A stretch of DNA of 64,000 nucleotides, taken from assembly GCA_029261055.1 (NCBI GenBank), contig JAJDCA010000038.1:9619-73618 (forward strand). Direction: 5' to 3'. Source of the stretch: Candidatus Omnitrophota bacterium. Lineage in GTDB: Bacteria; Omnitrophota; Gorgyraeia; Zapsychrales; Zapsychraceae. Of this stretch, positions 1 to 10,246 are shown piece by piece (position 1 is the first letter of the stretch; every line of letters starts with the position of its first letter). Below the pieces are notes generated by a model. It was given only the letters and a program-made list of their open reading frames with translations, was not told the DNA's origin and made no database searches. A program made the position numbers and the translations under genes.

Positions 1-187
1 CTTCCCAAATAACTTTTTCCTCGCCTCTGATAACATTTAAAACAAGCATCTGACAAGGCTGATCCTCACGCACAGCGCGATACTTCCTGACTTTACCTTC
101 CAAATACCCGTCATACGTAATTTCATCAAATAACGGCATATGCAAAAAAAGATTTGAATGCTGAATGCCTCCATCAATAAGATTCAT
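1..187 (-). CDS. Hypothetical protein, 5' part only (runs off the window edge)
   Basis: ATG at 185-187 preceded by a purine-rich RBS-like stretch (AAGGGGA); open to position 1 (MNLIDGGIQHSNLFLHMPLFDEITYDGYLEG...). Confidence 0.5.
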   Translation of the reverse strand, partial: MNLIDGGIQHSNLFLHMPLFDEITYDGYLEGKVRKYRAVREDQPCQMLVLNVIRGEEKVIWE

Positions 188-237
188 TTTCTGTCCCCTT
201 CATAAAGTCATGGTATTTTCAAAAGTTAACGAAATAA

Positions 238-379
238 CCAAGAAACAAGTTACAAGATACAAACAAAAATCAATTTCCAATATTCAATAATCAAACAAAA
301 TTTTATCGGAAAGTTGTTTGGAATTTGAATATTGATTATTGCATCTTGTTTGTATCTTGTTTCTTGTATCTTGTTTCTT
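238..379. repeat. Heptamer-based long imperfect inverted repeat
   Basis: AAGAAACAAGTTACAAGATACAAACAA ... TTGTTTGTATCTTGTTTCTTGTATCTTGTTTCTT; overlaps the 3' end of the SUI1 ORF. Confidence 0.75.
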
Positions 380-749
380 TCAAATTATTTTTAACATTAC
401 CTAAAGCTATGCCCTGCTGATTCAAAATGGGACGGATAATATTGGCCTTATCGCCCTGAACTTCAATAACACCACCCGATTCAGCCACATAAAAAGTCCC
501 GCCACTGCCTGTTTTTGACTTTAGCACCTTGGCTAAATTTTTTAAATACGCCTCGTCCGGCGGCAAGCCATCAATCACCGTCACAGCCTTCCCCTTACGC
601 CCAGATTTCTCAAGACGCAAACGCGGTTTAAATTGATCCAGCTTAGGTTGAGTCGGATCATACGCCGGACACGTACACCCATCAAGCGGTTTATGACATC
701 GAGGACATTGCGCATCCGAAGGAAAAATATTATCAGGAATATCAATCAT
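336..749 (-). CDS. yciH: Translation initiation factor SUI1/YciH with N-terminal Cys knuckle
   Basis: RLEKSGRKGKAVTVIDGL, LKSKTGSGGT, IEVQGD motifs. Confidence 0.85.
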   Translation of the reverse strand: MIDIPDNIFPSDAQCPRCHKPLDGCTCPAYDPTQPKLDQFKPRLRLEKSGRKGKAVTVIDGLPPDEAYLKNLAKVLKSKTGSGGTFYVAESGGVIEVQGDKANIIRPILNQQGIALGNVKNNLKETRYKKQDTNKMQ

Positions 750-780
750 AGATTAGGCCGCCTTCGGCGGTGACTTATGT

Positions 781-842
781 GACTCGTCGCTAGTGACGCG
801 TCGCTCGTAAAAAAACGAGTCACGCGCCACGAGCGACGAGCC
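781..842. repeat. GC-rich heptamer-derived inverted repeat
   Basis: CTCGTCGCTAGTGACGCG...CTCGT / ACGAG...CGCGCCACGAGCGACGAG. Confidence 0.65.
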
Positions 843-861
843 ATTTTAAAATTTCTTAACC

Positions 862-1071
862 TTAATAATGTGGCGGCCGCTCTTCCTCTTCTCTTGCACG
901 AACCAAATCCCCACTCGTAACTTGTTCTTTAAAACCTTTCAGGGCCCTCTCCAAAACATCCATTTTCTTCTGCTGATCAACAATCACTTCATTCAATTCT
1001 TCCAGCGCATGCTCCTGAAAAGCCATCTTTTTTTCTAATTCAATAATACGTTTTTCCATGCTTGCCCCCAT
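862..1071 (-). CDS. slyX: SlyX family protein
   Basis: RIIELEKKMAFQEHALEELNEVIVDQQ and C-terminal EERPPHY. Confidence 0.9.
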   Translation of the reverse strand: MGASMEKRIIELEKKMAFQEHALEELNEVIVDQQKKMDVLERALKGFKEQVTSGDLVRAREEEERPPHY

Positions 1072-1073
1072 AT

Positions 1074-3116
1074 TTATTCTGAAACTCTCATGACAAATGG
1101 AAGATTGTTAATAGGCATCACTTCAAAAATAAAAGGAACAAGCCCACGCACCTCAATATTTTTCCAATTTTCCGTATTCTCCAAACTCAATGATGCTGCA
1201 TCTACACTCTCACCTTGATGCTCCCATTGAAGTTTCTGTGGATTTAAATCAATCCCGCCTTTTTTATGCTTTTCCAATTTATTATCTAAAGAATGACCAT
1301 ATTTTTCGTCGCTAATCATGGCATGATCGTTAACCTTGTATTTCTTTCTTAATGCCTGAATTATTTTTCTTTGTTCTATAAAAAAATTATCCACAACTTC
1401 CTCAGTAATAATTTTTCCTTTAAATTCATCCCGTTTACTTTTATCCTTATGCCCTAAAGTAATTATTTTACTTTTTAAATTTTCTTGTTTGTACAACTCA
1501 TCTTTAAATTTATCAATAAGTTTTTGAATGGCAAATACTCGTAATTGTGTTCCCACCTCAGAGTACTTTCTTTCTTTGCTTACACTTCTGTTCCAAGGGG
1601 CAATTTCCATGATACTCGTAGGTTCACTTCCATTTAAATCAGCCCATCCCTCGACCGCACCCTTATCTTCTGAAAAAACAAAATAAACATCAGACATTTC
1701 CTCTTTTTCTTGATATTCAACATGTGAAATAAATTTTACAACATCAGGCCAATGCCTTACCTGACTATCATTCTTATACTTCAACCACTCTACCAAACTT
1801 TCAATAGTTTTCTTTCTTTGATCATCGTTTAATTCTGCTCCATTAACAACATGAAGTTTAACCAAATACTTTTCATCTACATTGTTCCGCAATGCGACTA
1901 GTGTATTATTGTAATTTTGAACATTGTTCAGCTTACTCGCCAACATACTCAAATCACCAATAATTTTAAAATCTTCTTTTGCTTTTGTTTTCACCGGTAT
2001 ATTGTACTTGCCGCTAATTTTGATTCCTCCGGAAAAATATTTTCTTGGGATGATTTGGCCGGTGACTGTGTCGTAATCTTCTTTGATTAAATCATGCGTA
2101 CCTCGACGAAAAGAAATGAGGTATCGCTCGTAAATTTTATTCTTCACACCCTTATTTTCAATCGTAATACCTTCAATATTTTTTTGATCAGAATATTTCT
2201 GATTAATCAGGCTTGCCTTGAATTTCTTTTTGTACCAAGCAGCAAGAATCAAAGAGTTATAAATTTGGCGGAGTTTGGCAAAATTCTTTCCTTCATTCAC
2301 TTCCTGTTCAATGATGGGAATGATAATTTCTCTGATAATATCCGTTGTCATTTTATATTTCGTATTTCGCATATCGTATATTGCGCTTTTCTTTTCACTA
2401 CCTGTTCTTCCGTACTCACCTTCCGCTAAATAATCCTCTTGAAGCATGACCTTTAAATGTCCATCAATGACAAATACTCTATTACCATTTTCATACACTC
2501 GCGCCTTATCTGACACAATCCAAACCTTGTTAAAAGTATCCACTGGAATATCCGTTGTTCCGAAACGTTTGTATGCCTGTGCATACACCTTATCCCAAAA
2601 TTTTTCTCCTAACTCATATTCGGGATGCATCAAGGATGAGGTCAACTGCTTGAGCAAATAGTCCTGCGCGAGCAAGTCCCTCCCCATAGCGGTTTGGCCA
2701 AAAGCCTCTGGAATAATGCGGTCTTTTTCGTAGGGTGACAAATTTACCCACAAATCTTCTTCGGGAATAGACAAAGAAGCTAAAAAATATTTAATCAACC
2801 CTTGAGCTTCTCCACGTACTTGCTGTTCATTCAAGGTTGAATGCCCACTATCCAGAATAAAATCAAACCGAAACGGTTGATCCGGATTAATCACCAGCCC
2901 TCTTAACATCGGTGGGACAAAATTTTGACTTTGAATCACTCTCACCCCTAGCATAGGCAACCCCAGATCACCCCCCGAGGTTGATTTAGGTTGTTCCTGT
3001 GAAAAAACATACGCACCATTTACAACAAACCAAACTAAAACTAATAAAATAGATAATTTTAAAAAGGACCTGGGAGGTTTTCTGTAAAAATTTTTAATTT
3101 TATTCGTGTCCTGCAT
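1074..3116 (-). CDS. Secreted-type modular protein, paralogue of 23122..30036, with one GNAT-like cargo module
   Basis: Signal/TM N-terminus; conserved block LRGL.INP..FRFDFILDSG...KYFSGG; DLSM and DHAM flank the variable segment; C-terminal GGIDLN...GLVPFI. Confidence 0.8.
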   Translation of the reverse strand: MQDTNKIKNFYRKPPRSFLKLSILLVLVWFVVNGAYVFSQEQPKSTSGGDLGLPMLGVRVIQSQNFVPPMLRGLVINPDQPFRFDFILDSGHSTLNEQQVRGEAQGLIKYFLASLSIPEEDLWVNLSPYEKDRIIPEAFGQTAMGRDLLAQDYLLKQLTSSLMHPEYELGEKFWDKVYAQAYKRFGTTDIPVDTFNKVWIVSDKARVYENGNRVFVIDGHLKVMLQEDYLAEGEYGRTGSEKKSAIYDMRNTKYKMTTDIIREIIIPIIEQEVNEGKNFAKLRQIYNSLILAAWYKKKFKASLINQKYSDQKNIEGITIENKGVKNKIYERYLISFRRGTHDLIKEDYDTVTGQIIPRKYFSGGIKISGKYNIPVKTKAKEDFKIIGDLSMLASKLNNVQNYNNTLVALRNNVDEKYLVKLHVVNGAELNDDQRKKTIESLVEWLKYKNDSQVRHWPDVVKFISHVEYQEKEEMSDVYFVFSEDKGAVEGWADLNGSEPTSIMEIAPWNRSVSKERKYSEVGTQLRVFAIQKLIDKFKDELYKQENLKSKIITLGHKDKSKRDEFKGKIITEEVVDNFFIEQRKIIQALRKKYKVNDHAMISDEKYGHSLDNKLEKHKKGGIDLNPQKLQWEHQGESVDAASLSLENTENWKNIEVRGLVPFIFEVMPINNLPFVMRVSE

Positions 3117-3183
3117 AATTTTTTAATCCATAAAATAATTTTTTCTTACATAATTTAACATAAAATACATCCAATACTAATAA

Positions 3184-4248
3184 TTAATCATTCCCTCTAT
3201 TAAACCGCTCTAACGTGACGCCTTCGTTGAGTAACGATACGCCGCTTAGATAATCGGCAAAATGGGAGGCATAGAATGGGGTCATTAGAAATCCTTTTGA
3301 ACCTAATCCATTAAAAATAGCTAAATTTTTAATTTTCGGGTGTCGCCCTAGAATAGCTTTTTGATCTTTGATAACCGGTCGCACGCCAGCTTTATGATCT
3401 GTAACTTCAATAGTATTTGTAAAACACTGATTAAGACCAGCTACGATTTGATCACGCGCTGCCTCTGTCGGCTCACAATCTAATTGATCCCACTGATAAT
3501 TAGCTCCTGCTATCCACTGCGGCTGCTCCAAAGGGATGCACCACTTTCCTCTATTAATAATCATATGCGGTAATTTGGGCCCTTCTATTTTAATCTTTAA
3601 AATTTCGCCTTTAGCACTATTAAAAGGAATCCAATCAAACCAAGGATTCCATTGCGCCTTATACCCTTCACAAAAAATAACTGTACGAAACGATTCGCCA
3701 CCAAAGCAAACATTGTTATCCTTAATAGTTAAATCATCGTAAGAAAATTTTTGCAGCGCAAGAACATTCCGATTGTGAAAATACGCCTTCAACGTTGTTA
3801 AAAGTCGTTCTGTATGACAAAACCCTGATGACTTGATCACCACACTCCCTAACGGATCATTAATAGCCGCATGCACTGTCCTCGACGGATTAATAGGCTG
3901 ACTGTATTGCTGTCCTTCATTGAGCTTAACTCTTCTCTGCCACTGATCATGTTCACGTGCATCTTGAAATACGCGTAATATGGGCAAGGATTCAAAGAAA
4001 TGTTGATCAAATTGTGTTTCTAATTCTTGATATGTTTTTAAAGCATGCGCAAAAAAATGATCAAATCCATCCGCTATCGTAAATCGTTTTCCTATTACCG
4101 GATTAATGATACCGGCGCTGACCATCGAAGAGGAGTGTTTGTGTCCGTCGTCAACAATGCTTATTTGCTTATCCCGTTTTAACAGCTCCCAAGCAAGAAA
4201 GCTACCAACGACGCCTTGACCAATAATAAGAAAATCTTTCACAAGCAA
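3184..4248 (-). CDS. FAD-dependent oxidoreductase (DAO family, MnmC oxidase-like half)
   Basis: IIGQGVVG FAD motif, AGVRP, NGLGSKG; overlaps mnmD. Confidence 0.75.
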   Translation of the reverse strand: MLVKDFLIIGQGVVGSFLAWELLKRDKQISIVDDGHKHSSSMVSAGIINPVIGKRFTIADGFDHFFAHALKTYQELETQFDQHFFESLPILRVFQDAREHDQWQRRVKLNEGQQYSQPINPSRTVHAAINDPLGSVVIKSSGFCHTERLLTTLKAYFHNRNVLALQKFSYDDLTIKDNNVCFGGESFRTVIFCEGYKAQWNPWFDWIPFNSAKGEILKIKIEGPKLPHMIINRGKWCIPLEQPQWIAGANYQWDQLDCEPTEAARDQIVAGLNQCFTNTIEVTDHKAGVRPVIKDQKAILGRHPKIKNLAIFNGLGSKGFLMTPFYASHFADYLSGVSLLNEGVTLERFNRGND

Positions 4249-5030
4249 TACTTCCCTTTTAACATATGCCTTTTTCTGCCGAAACCCGGCGCACGCACCG
4301 TTTCAAATCTATTCTTTATTAATCCTCGACGGACAAAACCTGTTGATGTGTAGGTACTTACCGTCGTACCCGCTTTAGATAATGGTGCCATTTTAGCAAA
4401 AACATCATCTGACCACATCTCCGGATTCTTAGCCGGCGCAAACCCATCTAAATACCAGGCATCCACCCCATAATTCTCCTTACGCATATCATCCAAGGCC
4501 AACACAACATGTTTTGTAATTAGACTCAATTTTATTTTTCCCTGATCAAAAGAGATATGTTCATTTTGATTAATCAATTTGGAATATTGGCCAACTAATA
4601 AGTCGGCATACTTATTTAACTCCGGCCATAATCTAAGTATCTTATCCAAATCTTCTTTGTTTAATGGAAATTGATCAATAGAAACGTATTGCAACGTCCA
4701 ACTTTTGGGCGCCCATTCCTGCCAAAGTAACCACGTGCACAAAAAATTTAACCCCGAACCGAAACCAGTTTCGCCAATCGTAAACGTCCCTGCCTGCGAT
4801 TCCGATAAACCTTGCCACCTTCGTTTTAATTCATTCCCCCCACAAAAAACATATTGAGATTCCAGCATGCCATTTTCTGCACAAAAATAGGGATCATCAA
4901 ATTGCGTAGATCGTGGCGCCCCATTATCGTCCCATTCAATCGGGGCATAATTTAACTTATGATTAATTAATTTTGGCATGGTTAATAATAATATAGCAAC
5001 GAAGAAAGTCAATGCAACATAAATACCCAC
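4239..5030 (-). CDS. mnmD: tRNA mnm5s2U34 methyltransferase MnmD (N-terminal half of MnmC)
   Basis: FDDPYF, IGETGFGSGLNFL, DAWYLDGFAPAKNPEMW, GFGRKRHML; true start probably downstream of the listed ATG. Confidence 0.9.
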   Translation of the reverse strand: MGIYVALTFFVAILLLTMPKLINHKLNYAPIEWDDNGAPRSTQFDDPYFCAENGMLESQYVFCGGNELKRRWQGLSESQAGTFTIGETGFGSGLNFLCTWLLWQEWAPKSWTLQYVSIDQFPLNKEDLDKILRLWPELNKYADLLVGQYSKLINQNEHISFDQGKIKLSLITKHVVLALDDMRKENYGVDAWYLDGFAPAKNPEMWSDDVFAKMAPLSKAGTTVSTYTSTGFVRRGLIKNRFETVRAPGFGRKRHMLKGKYCL

Positions 5031-5072
5031 ACAAAATATTGTTATAAAACCCTCATCTGCTACAATAATCTA

Positions 5073-6362
5073 ATGATTAAATCATCAAAAATTCTTTATG
5101 GAATATGTATTATTCTATTTTTTCTTTTCATCCGTATTTCTGACTCCCTTGCTGATAATTTAACAGATGAAGCGGCTCAATTATTTGACCAATGGCGAAG
5201 CGCTGTTTTTCAAGTCCGTGTCATTGATTTATCCACTCAAGAAAAATCTTCAACTGGATCTGGATTTTTTATTGACCCCAAGGGTTATGCCGTGACTAAC
5301 TATCATGTGGTCTCGTCCTATGTAAATAAACCAAGTAATCATAAAATTGAAATCATTAATCATGCAGGGGACATACAGGATCTTTCCTTGGTCTATTTTG
5401 ATATTGTCCATGACCTTGCTATTTTAACCACAAAAAAAGCCTCCCCCTTAACCTTATTGCTGAATCAGTCTGATCTTTCTCATGGAGAGAAAATTTTTTC
5501 CATGGGAAACCCGCATGACTTAGGTATGACCATTATCGAAGGAACATTTAATGGTTTAATGAAACAATCCTTAGACCGTAGGATCCTTTTCTCCGGATCC
5601 CTTAATCCTGGAATGAGTGGCGGCCCTACCCTTAATCATGAAGGAAAAATTATCGGAATTAATGTCTCAACAATGAACAATGATGTTAGCTTTCTTGTTC
5701 CTGTGGAATATTTAAATGCTTTAGTAGCTAAAATCGAACAAGAACCTGTTTTGCCTAACACAAATTGGGATCAACTAATCGAAAATCAATTAATTGAAAA
5801 TCAAGATCACTTTATCAATACTTACCTTAAACAAGAATGGCAAACTTCTAAACTTGGGGATGCCATCATTCCAGGAGAAATTTCCCCTTATGTAAAATGC
5901 TGGGGAGGCTCTAAAAACAGAGATGAAGATCTAATGATTAAAGCCATGACCAATTGTAGTACAGAAGATTATATTTATGTTAACGATTATTTTTATACAT
6001 CTTACTTGGATTATCGTTTCTCTTGGCATGAAAGTAAAAACCTTCATTTCCTTAGACTTTATGCCCATCTTCAGGATGATTTCCCAAAAATTAATTATTT
6101 AAATAATGCATCAAAAACTGATGTTGAACGATTTAAATGCCAAACTGATTTTGTTACCATGGATAACCGCGTTTTTAAAACAGCTTTGTGTTCCCGAAGA
6201 TATAAACGTTTTAAAAAATTGTATGATGTCAGTTTAGATTTTATGTCTGTAGACGAATATGATCGTTCATTAATGGGGGGATTAATATTAGAAGGTGTCA
6301 CAAAAACTAAAAGCCAAGAATTTATTAAATATTTTATGGAAAAAATACAATGGAAAAATTAG
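5073..6362 (+). CDS. Trypsin-like (S1C) serine protease
   Basis: GSGF, TNYHV, DLAIL, NPGMSGGP catalytic motifs; signal peptide. Confidence 0.85.
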   Translation: MIKSSKILYGICIILFFLFIRISDSLADNLTDEAAQLFDQWRSAVFQVRVIDLSTQEKSSTGSGFFIDPKGYAVTNYHVVSSYVNKPSNHKIEIINHAGDIQDLSLVYFDIVHDLAILTTKKASPLTLLLNQSDLSHGEKIFSMGNPHDLGMTIIEGTFNGLMKQSLDRRILFSGSLNPGMSGGPTLNHEGKIIGINVSTMNNDVSFLVPVEYLNALVAKIEQEPVLPNTNWDQLIENQLIENQDHFINTYLKQEWQTSKLGDAIIPGEISPYVKCWGGSKNRDEDLMIKAMTNCSTEDYIYVNDYFYTSYLDYRFSWHESKNLHFLRLYAHLQDDFPKINYLNNASKTDVERFKCQTDFVTMDNRVFKTALCSRRYKRFKKLYDVSLDFMSVDEYDRSLMGGLILEGVTKTKSQEFIKYFMEKIQWKN

Positions 6363-7285
6363 TCATTGAAGTTATTAAACCAGGAAAAATGCACAATGAA
6401 TTTTGTGTATTCACTGGATCAACCATTCGTATTGGTCGTGGATTTAATAATGATGTCATTCTTGATGATGCCTTTGTTTCTTCTGAACATTGTGAAATTA
6501 TACGTGATGATGAAGGCATAAAAATAAAAGACTTAAACAGTAAAAATGGCATTTACAACATTAAAGCTAAACAAATCCAGACGGACCTGGCCATCCATTC
6601 AGGTGATAAATTTATTGTGGGCCGTACTGAATTGAGAGTTTATCTCTCTTCCCACACAGTTAAACCAGCTCGCCCACTTATCCCCCGACATAAAATCATC
6701 ACTGCACTTAGAAAACCAATAACAGCGTGGATTTTGTTTTCTTTATTAAGCGCTCTGGCCTATTTGACGGGAGTCATCACAACGATAGAAAACGGTAAAC
6801 AAGGACAGATAATATTAACAGCCGTTGTTATTACCGGTATTATGATCTTCTGGGCGGGATTTTGGGCTATTATTGGATGGATTAGCCGCCATAGATTGCG
6901 TTTTGGCATTCAATTGTCCATTGCCTGCCTCTGGTACATCCTTTATATGCTATGCTCATTTATTATTGATTATGCTGCTTTTTATTTTAACCGTAACCTT
7001 TTGTATGTCATTTTGATGGGGCTGTGTTTTACAATGATCACAATTTTAGGATATTTAGGACATCTGCACTTTGCCACACGGATGAAAACAAAAACAAAAA
7101 TAATTTCGGCGACTGTGATTACATTAATTATGTTGGGCCTATCCGGCGTGATTATGAACTTTTATCATGAATCTCAATATCTTCAAAAAGAATACTCTAG
7201 CTCTGTTAATCCTCCCTACCTTGGAAATCCCCCTGCTCATTCCATCGAAGAATTTATTCAAAAAACAAATAAAATTTTTGAATAA
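6350..7285 (+). CDS. FHA-domain membrane protein
   Basis: IGRGFNNDVILDDAFVSSEH, DLNSKNG; several C-terminal TM helices. Confidence 0.85.
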   Translation: MEKLVIEVIKPGKMHNEFCVFTGSTIRIGRGFNNDVILDDAFVSSEHCEIIRDDEGIKIKDLNSKNGIYNIKAKQIQTDLAIHSGDKFIVGRTELRVYLSSHTVKPARPLIPRHKIITALRKPITAWILFSLLSALAYLTGVITTIENGKQGQIILTAVVITGIMIFWAGFWAIIGWISRHRLRFGIQLSIACLWYILYMLCSFIIDYAAFYFNRNLLYVILMGLCFTMITILGYLGHLHFATRMKTKTKIISATVITLIMLGLSGVIMNFYHESQYLQKEYSSSVNPPYLGNPPAHSIEEFIQKTNKIFE

Positions 7286-7308
7286 AAGAACTAGAGCCAC
7301 CCCGTTTT

Positions 7309-7590
7309 TTATTCATATTCACACAGGTAAGCTGTATCTTGTTCAACCTTTGTTTTGAATTTTGATGCCGCAGGAATTTCAAAAGATGCGCCCACACCAA
7401 AATCTTCCCATTCATCATATTCAGCGAAATACACCGTTAAGGCTCCGGAAACCACCGTGATAACTTCTTTTGTTGTTGTATCAAATTCATACTCGCCCGG
7501 TTCCATAACCCCGATGGTCTTTCGATTGTCACCTGAATTAATACCGAAAGATTTCACCTTCCCTTCAAAATACTCCTTTACTTCAACCAT
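7309..7590 (-). CDS. ppnP: Pyrimidine/purine nucleoside phosphorylase
   Basis: EYFEGKVKS, GVMEPGEYEF, TAYLCEY. Confidence 0.9.
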   Translation of the reverse strand: MVEVKEYFEGKVKSFGINSGDNRKTIGVMEPGEYEFDTTTKEVITVVSGALTVYFAEYDEWEDFGVGASFEIPAASKFKTKVEQDTAYLCEYE

Positions 7591-7595
7591 TTCTC

Positions 7596-9266
7596 TTACT
7601 CCTTTTCTTTTTTTACAGGGCCAATGCCCCTTATTTTTTTAATAATACTTTCTGCAACCTTCATTCCATCAACCGCCGAAGAGACAATGCCTCCGGCATA
7701 TCCGGCACCTTCACCTGTAGGATAAACACCTGCAATAGTCGACTGAAAAAACTCATCCCGCGTAAATCTAACAGGAGAAGAACTCCGCGTTTCAACACCT
7801 ACAAGCACAGCATCCGGATAAGCAAAACCCTTAATCTTTCTATCCAGAGCAGGAAGCGCCTCTTTTATACTTTCAATAACATAATAAGGCAAGCACTCAT
7901 CTAACAAAGTCATCTTTACACCCGGTTCATACGTCGAAGACACTTCCCCGGAAGCTTTGGAAGGCTCTCCTTTTAAAAAATCACCAACGCGTTGAGCAGG
8001 AGCGCTGTAATTCTTTCCTCCCGCCACAAAAGCCTTTCGCTCCCACTTACGCTGAAATTCAATCCCCGCAAGAGGATGCTCAGACTCAAAATCATCCGGC
8101 GAAATATTCACGAGCAAGGCACTATTAGAATTTTGACCATCCTGAGCACATTCACTCATGCCATTTGTCACAACCCCACCTTCCTCTGAAGAAGAGGCCA
8201 CGACAAAACCTCCGGGACACATACAAAAAGTATACACCGAACGCTTGCCTTTAAGGTGGGCCACCAGTTTATATCTTGCCGTCGATAGCTTTGGATTATT
8301 ACAACAATGGCCATACTGAGATTTATTGATCAATTCCGTAGGATGTTCAATTCTAAGACCGACAGCAAATGACTTGGGTTTCATCCCGATTTCCTTATCA
8401 TAAAGCATTTGATAGGTATCCCGGGCAGAATGACCGATCGCAAGAATAAGATTATCTACCAGGATTTTCTCCTGACCATCAAAAATCGCCGCCGCAACTT
8501 TTTGATTTTCAATTTCTATATTCGTAAGGCACGTATGAAACCGCACCTCCCCCTTCAAACTTATTATCTTCTCACGTATTTTCTTTACAACCCCACGTAA
8601 TTTATCGGTCCCGATATGCGGATGGGCATCCGTCGCAATTCTTTGAGGAGCTCCCGCTTTGATAAATTCATCAAAGACATACTTCATCCTTGAATTCTTT
8701 ATATTGGTATACAATTTACCATCAGAAAAAGTACCTGCCCCACCCTCACCAAATTGCACATTTGAATTGATGTTCAGCTTACCGGATGAAAAAAATCGCC
8801 CCACATCTTTAACACGCGCATCAACATCGCCACCACGGTCAATAACCAAAGGCCTTAACCCCGCCTCAGCCAAAACTAAAGCACAGAACAATCCACTCGG
8901 ACCTGTACCAACGACAATAGGACGAGACACATTGTTAGAAGGAATTTCTTGAATTTCATAAAAGTAGGGTTCCTGTAAGCGTATTTTATGACGAAGAGCT
9001 TTCTTTTTTCTTACTGCAGAAGATTGTGCTTGTGGAGAAAAATAACTTTTAAGATTTTTTATTTGGACATTAACAGAATAGACTAAAAGGATATTATCTT
9101 TTTTACGTGAATCAATGGCTCTTTTTACAATAGCATAACCGACAAGCTCGCCTCGATTGATCCCTAAAATCTTTACAATTTTTCCTTCTAAAACGTCCTC
9201 TCCCTGATCAAGATTAAGGGTGATTTCTTCAATTCTAATAGAACTATTTTTGGAAATATCGGCCAT
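7596..9266 (-). CDS. NAD(P)/FAD-dependent oxidoreductase (uncharacterised FAD dehydrogenase family)
   Basis: VVGTGPSG, FGEGGAGTFSDGKL, FCMCPGG, GEGAGYAGGI. Confidence 0.85.
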   Translation of the reverse strand: MADISKNSSIRIEEITLNLDQGEDVLEGKIVKILGINRGELVGYAIVKRAIDSRKKDNILLVYSVNVQIKNLKSYFSPQAQSSAVRKKKALRHKIRLQEPYFYEIQEIPSNNVSRPIVVGTGPSGLFCALVLAEAGLRPLVIDRGGDVDARVKDVGRFFSSGKLNINSNVQFGEGGAGTFSDGKLYTNIKNSRMKYVFDEFIKAGAPQRIATDAHPHIGTDKLRGVVKKIREKIISLKGEVRFHTCLTNIEIENQKVAAAIFDGQEKILVDNLILAIGHSARDTYQMLYDKEIGMKPKSFAVGLRIEHPTELINKSQYGHCCNNPKLSTARYKLVAHLKGKRSVYTFCMCPGGFVVASSSEEGGVVTNGMSECAQDGQNSNSALLVNISPDDFESEHPLAGIEFQRKWERKAFVAGGKNYSAPAQRVGDFLKGEPSKASGEVSSTYEPGVKMTLLDECLPYYVIESIKEALPALDRKIKGFAYPDAVLVGVETRSSSPVRFTRDEFFQSTIAGVYPTGEGAGYAGGIVSSAVDGMKVAESIIKKIRGIGPVKKEKE

Positions 9267-9272
9267 TAATTT

Positions 9273-10103
9273 TTACGCAACTCTTAGCTGCCCCTGATCA
9301 ATCGTAATTTTACGTTCTTTGTACAAAAGCCCCACGGCCATTTTATATTTCTTTTTACTCACTCCAAATGTATCGGCAATCAAATCCGAATCACTCTTAT
9401 CCGTAATTTTTGATACCCCGCCATTAGCCTTCATGTACGCCAAAATTTTTTCTGACAAATCATCAGGTTTTTGATACCCCTGCTTGTCGAGACAAAGATC
9501 AATTTTCTGATCTTCTCTCATTTTCTTGATGTAACCCTTAACTTTTTGACCAACACTCAATTCTTGAAAAACTTCACCCGCATACAAAAGCCCCATATGT
9601 TGATTATTGATAATCGCATTGTATCCCAAGGCCGTTTGCTCACAAATCAAAAGATCCACAGGATCATTTTCGGAATAAGCCATATTTTCCGTATCGATAA
9701 ATTTTTCAAGATCCGACGATGCCGCAATACGCTCCCTTTCTTCATCATAAAATATCTTAACAACATACGATTCGCCCAATACCATCTTTTCAATTTGCTC
9801 GCTAAAGGGCACAAACAAATCCTTAGGCATGCCCCAATCTAAAAAAGTCCCCACAGAAGCCACATCGACCACCTTTAAATACGCAAACTCACCGACATAC
9901 CCCATAGGCCAACGCAGCGTTACAGTCATTTGATCATTATTATCACTGTAAAGAAAGACTTCTATCCAATCGCCTTTTTTGTAATTCCCTTGAACTTCTT
10001 CGGCAGGAAGTAGCATCATACCAAATTCTTTGGCGTCCAGATATAAACCCAAATCTACAACATCCTTCACTTCTAATTTATTAATTTTTCCGATTTCAAT
10101 CAT
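9273..10103 (-). CDS. CvfB/YitL-like S1 RNA-binding protein
   Basis: IGKINKLEV, FLDWGMPKDLFVP, FGVSKKKYKMAVGLLYK winged helix. Confidence 0.85.
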   Translation of the reverse strand: MIEIGKINKLEVKDVVDLGLYLDAKEFGMMLLPAEEVQGNYKKGDWIEVFLYSDNNDQMTVTLRWPMGYVGEFAYLKVVDVASVGTFLDWGMPKDLFVPFSEQIEKMVLGESYVVKIFYDEERERIAASSDLEKFIDTENMAYSENDPVDLLICEQTALGYNAIINNQHMGLLYAGEVFQELSVGQKVKGYIKKMREDQKIDLCLDKQGYQKPDDLSEKILAYMKANGGVSKITDKSDSDLIADTFGVSKKKYKMAVGLLYKERKITIDQGQLRVA

Positions 10104-10246
10104 TATTTATTCCTTTTTTGCATAACGATCCGTACTTTTCCAGGTATAAAAAAACCCCTCTCTTATTTAAAGGGGACATCTACAACCTCTTTCTGGGGAA
10201 ACCCTTAACTTTCTAAGTGGAAAGTATAATCTTTTTCTTCATCTTG

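Noticed and set aside
3153-3180. dif-like site: perfect XerD arm TTATGTTAAAT with spacer TGTATT on the minus strand, upstream of the 680-aa gene
   Set aside because: XerC arm does not match and the context is very AT-rich; no convincing equivalent at the giant paralogue
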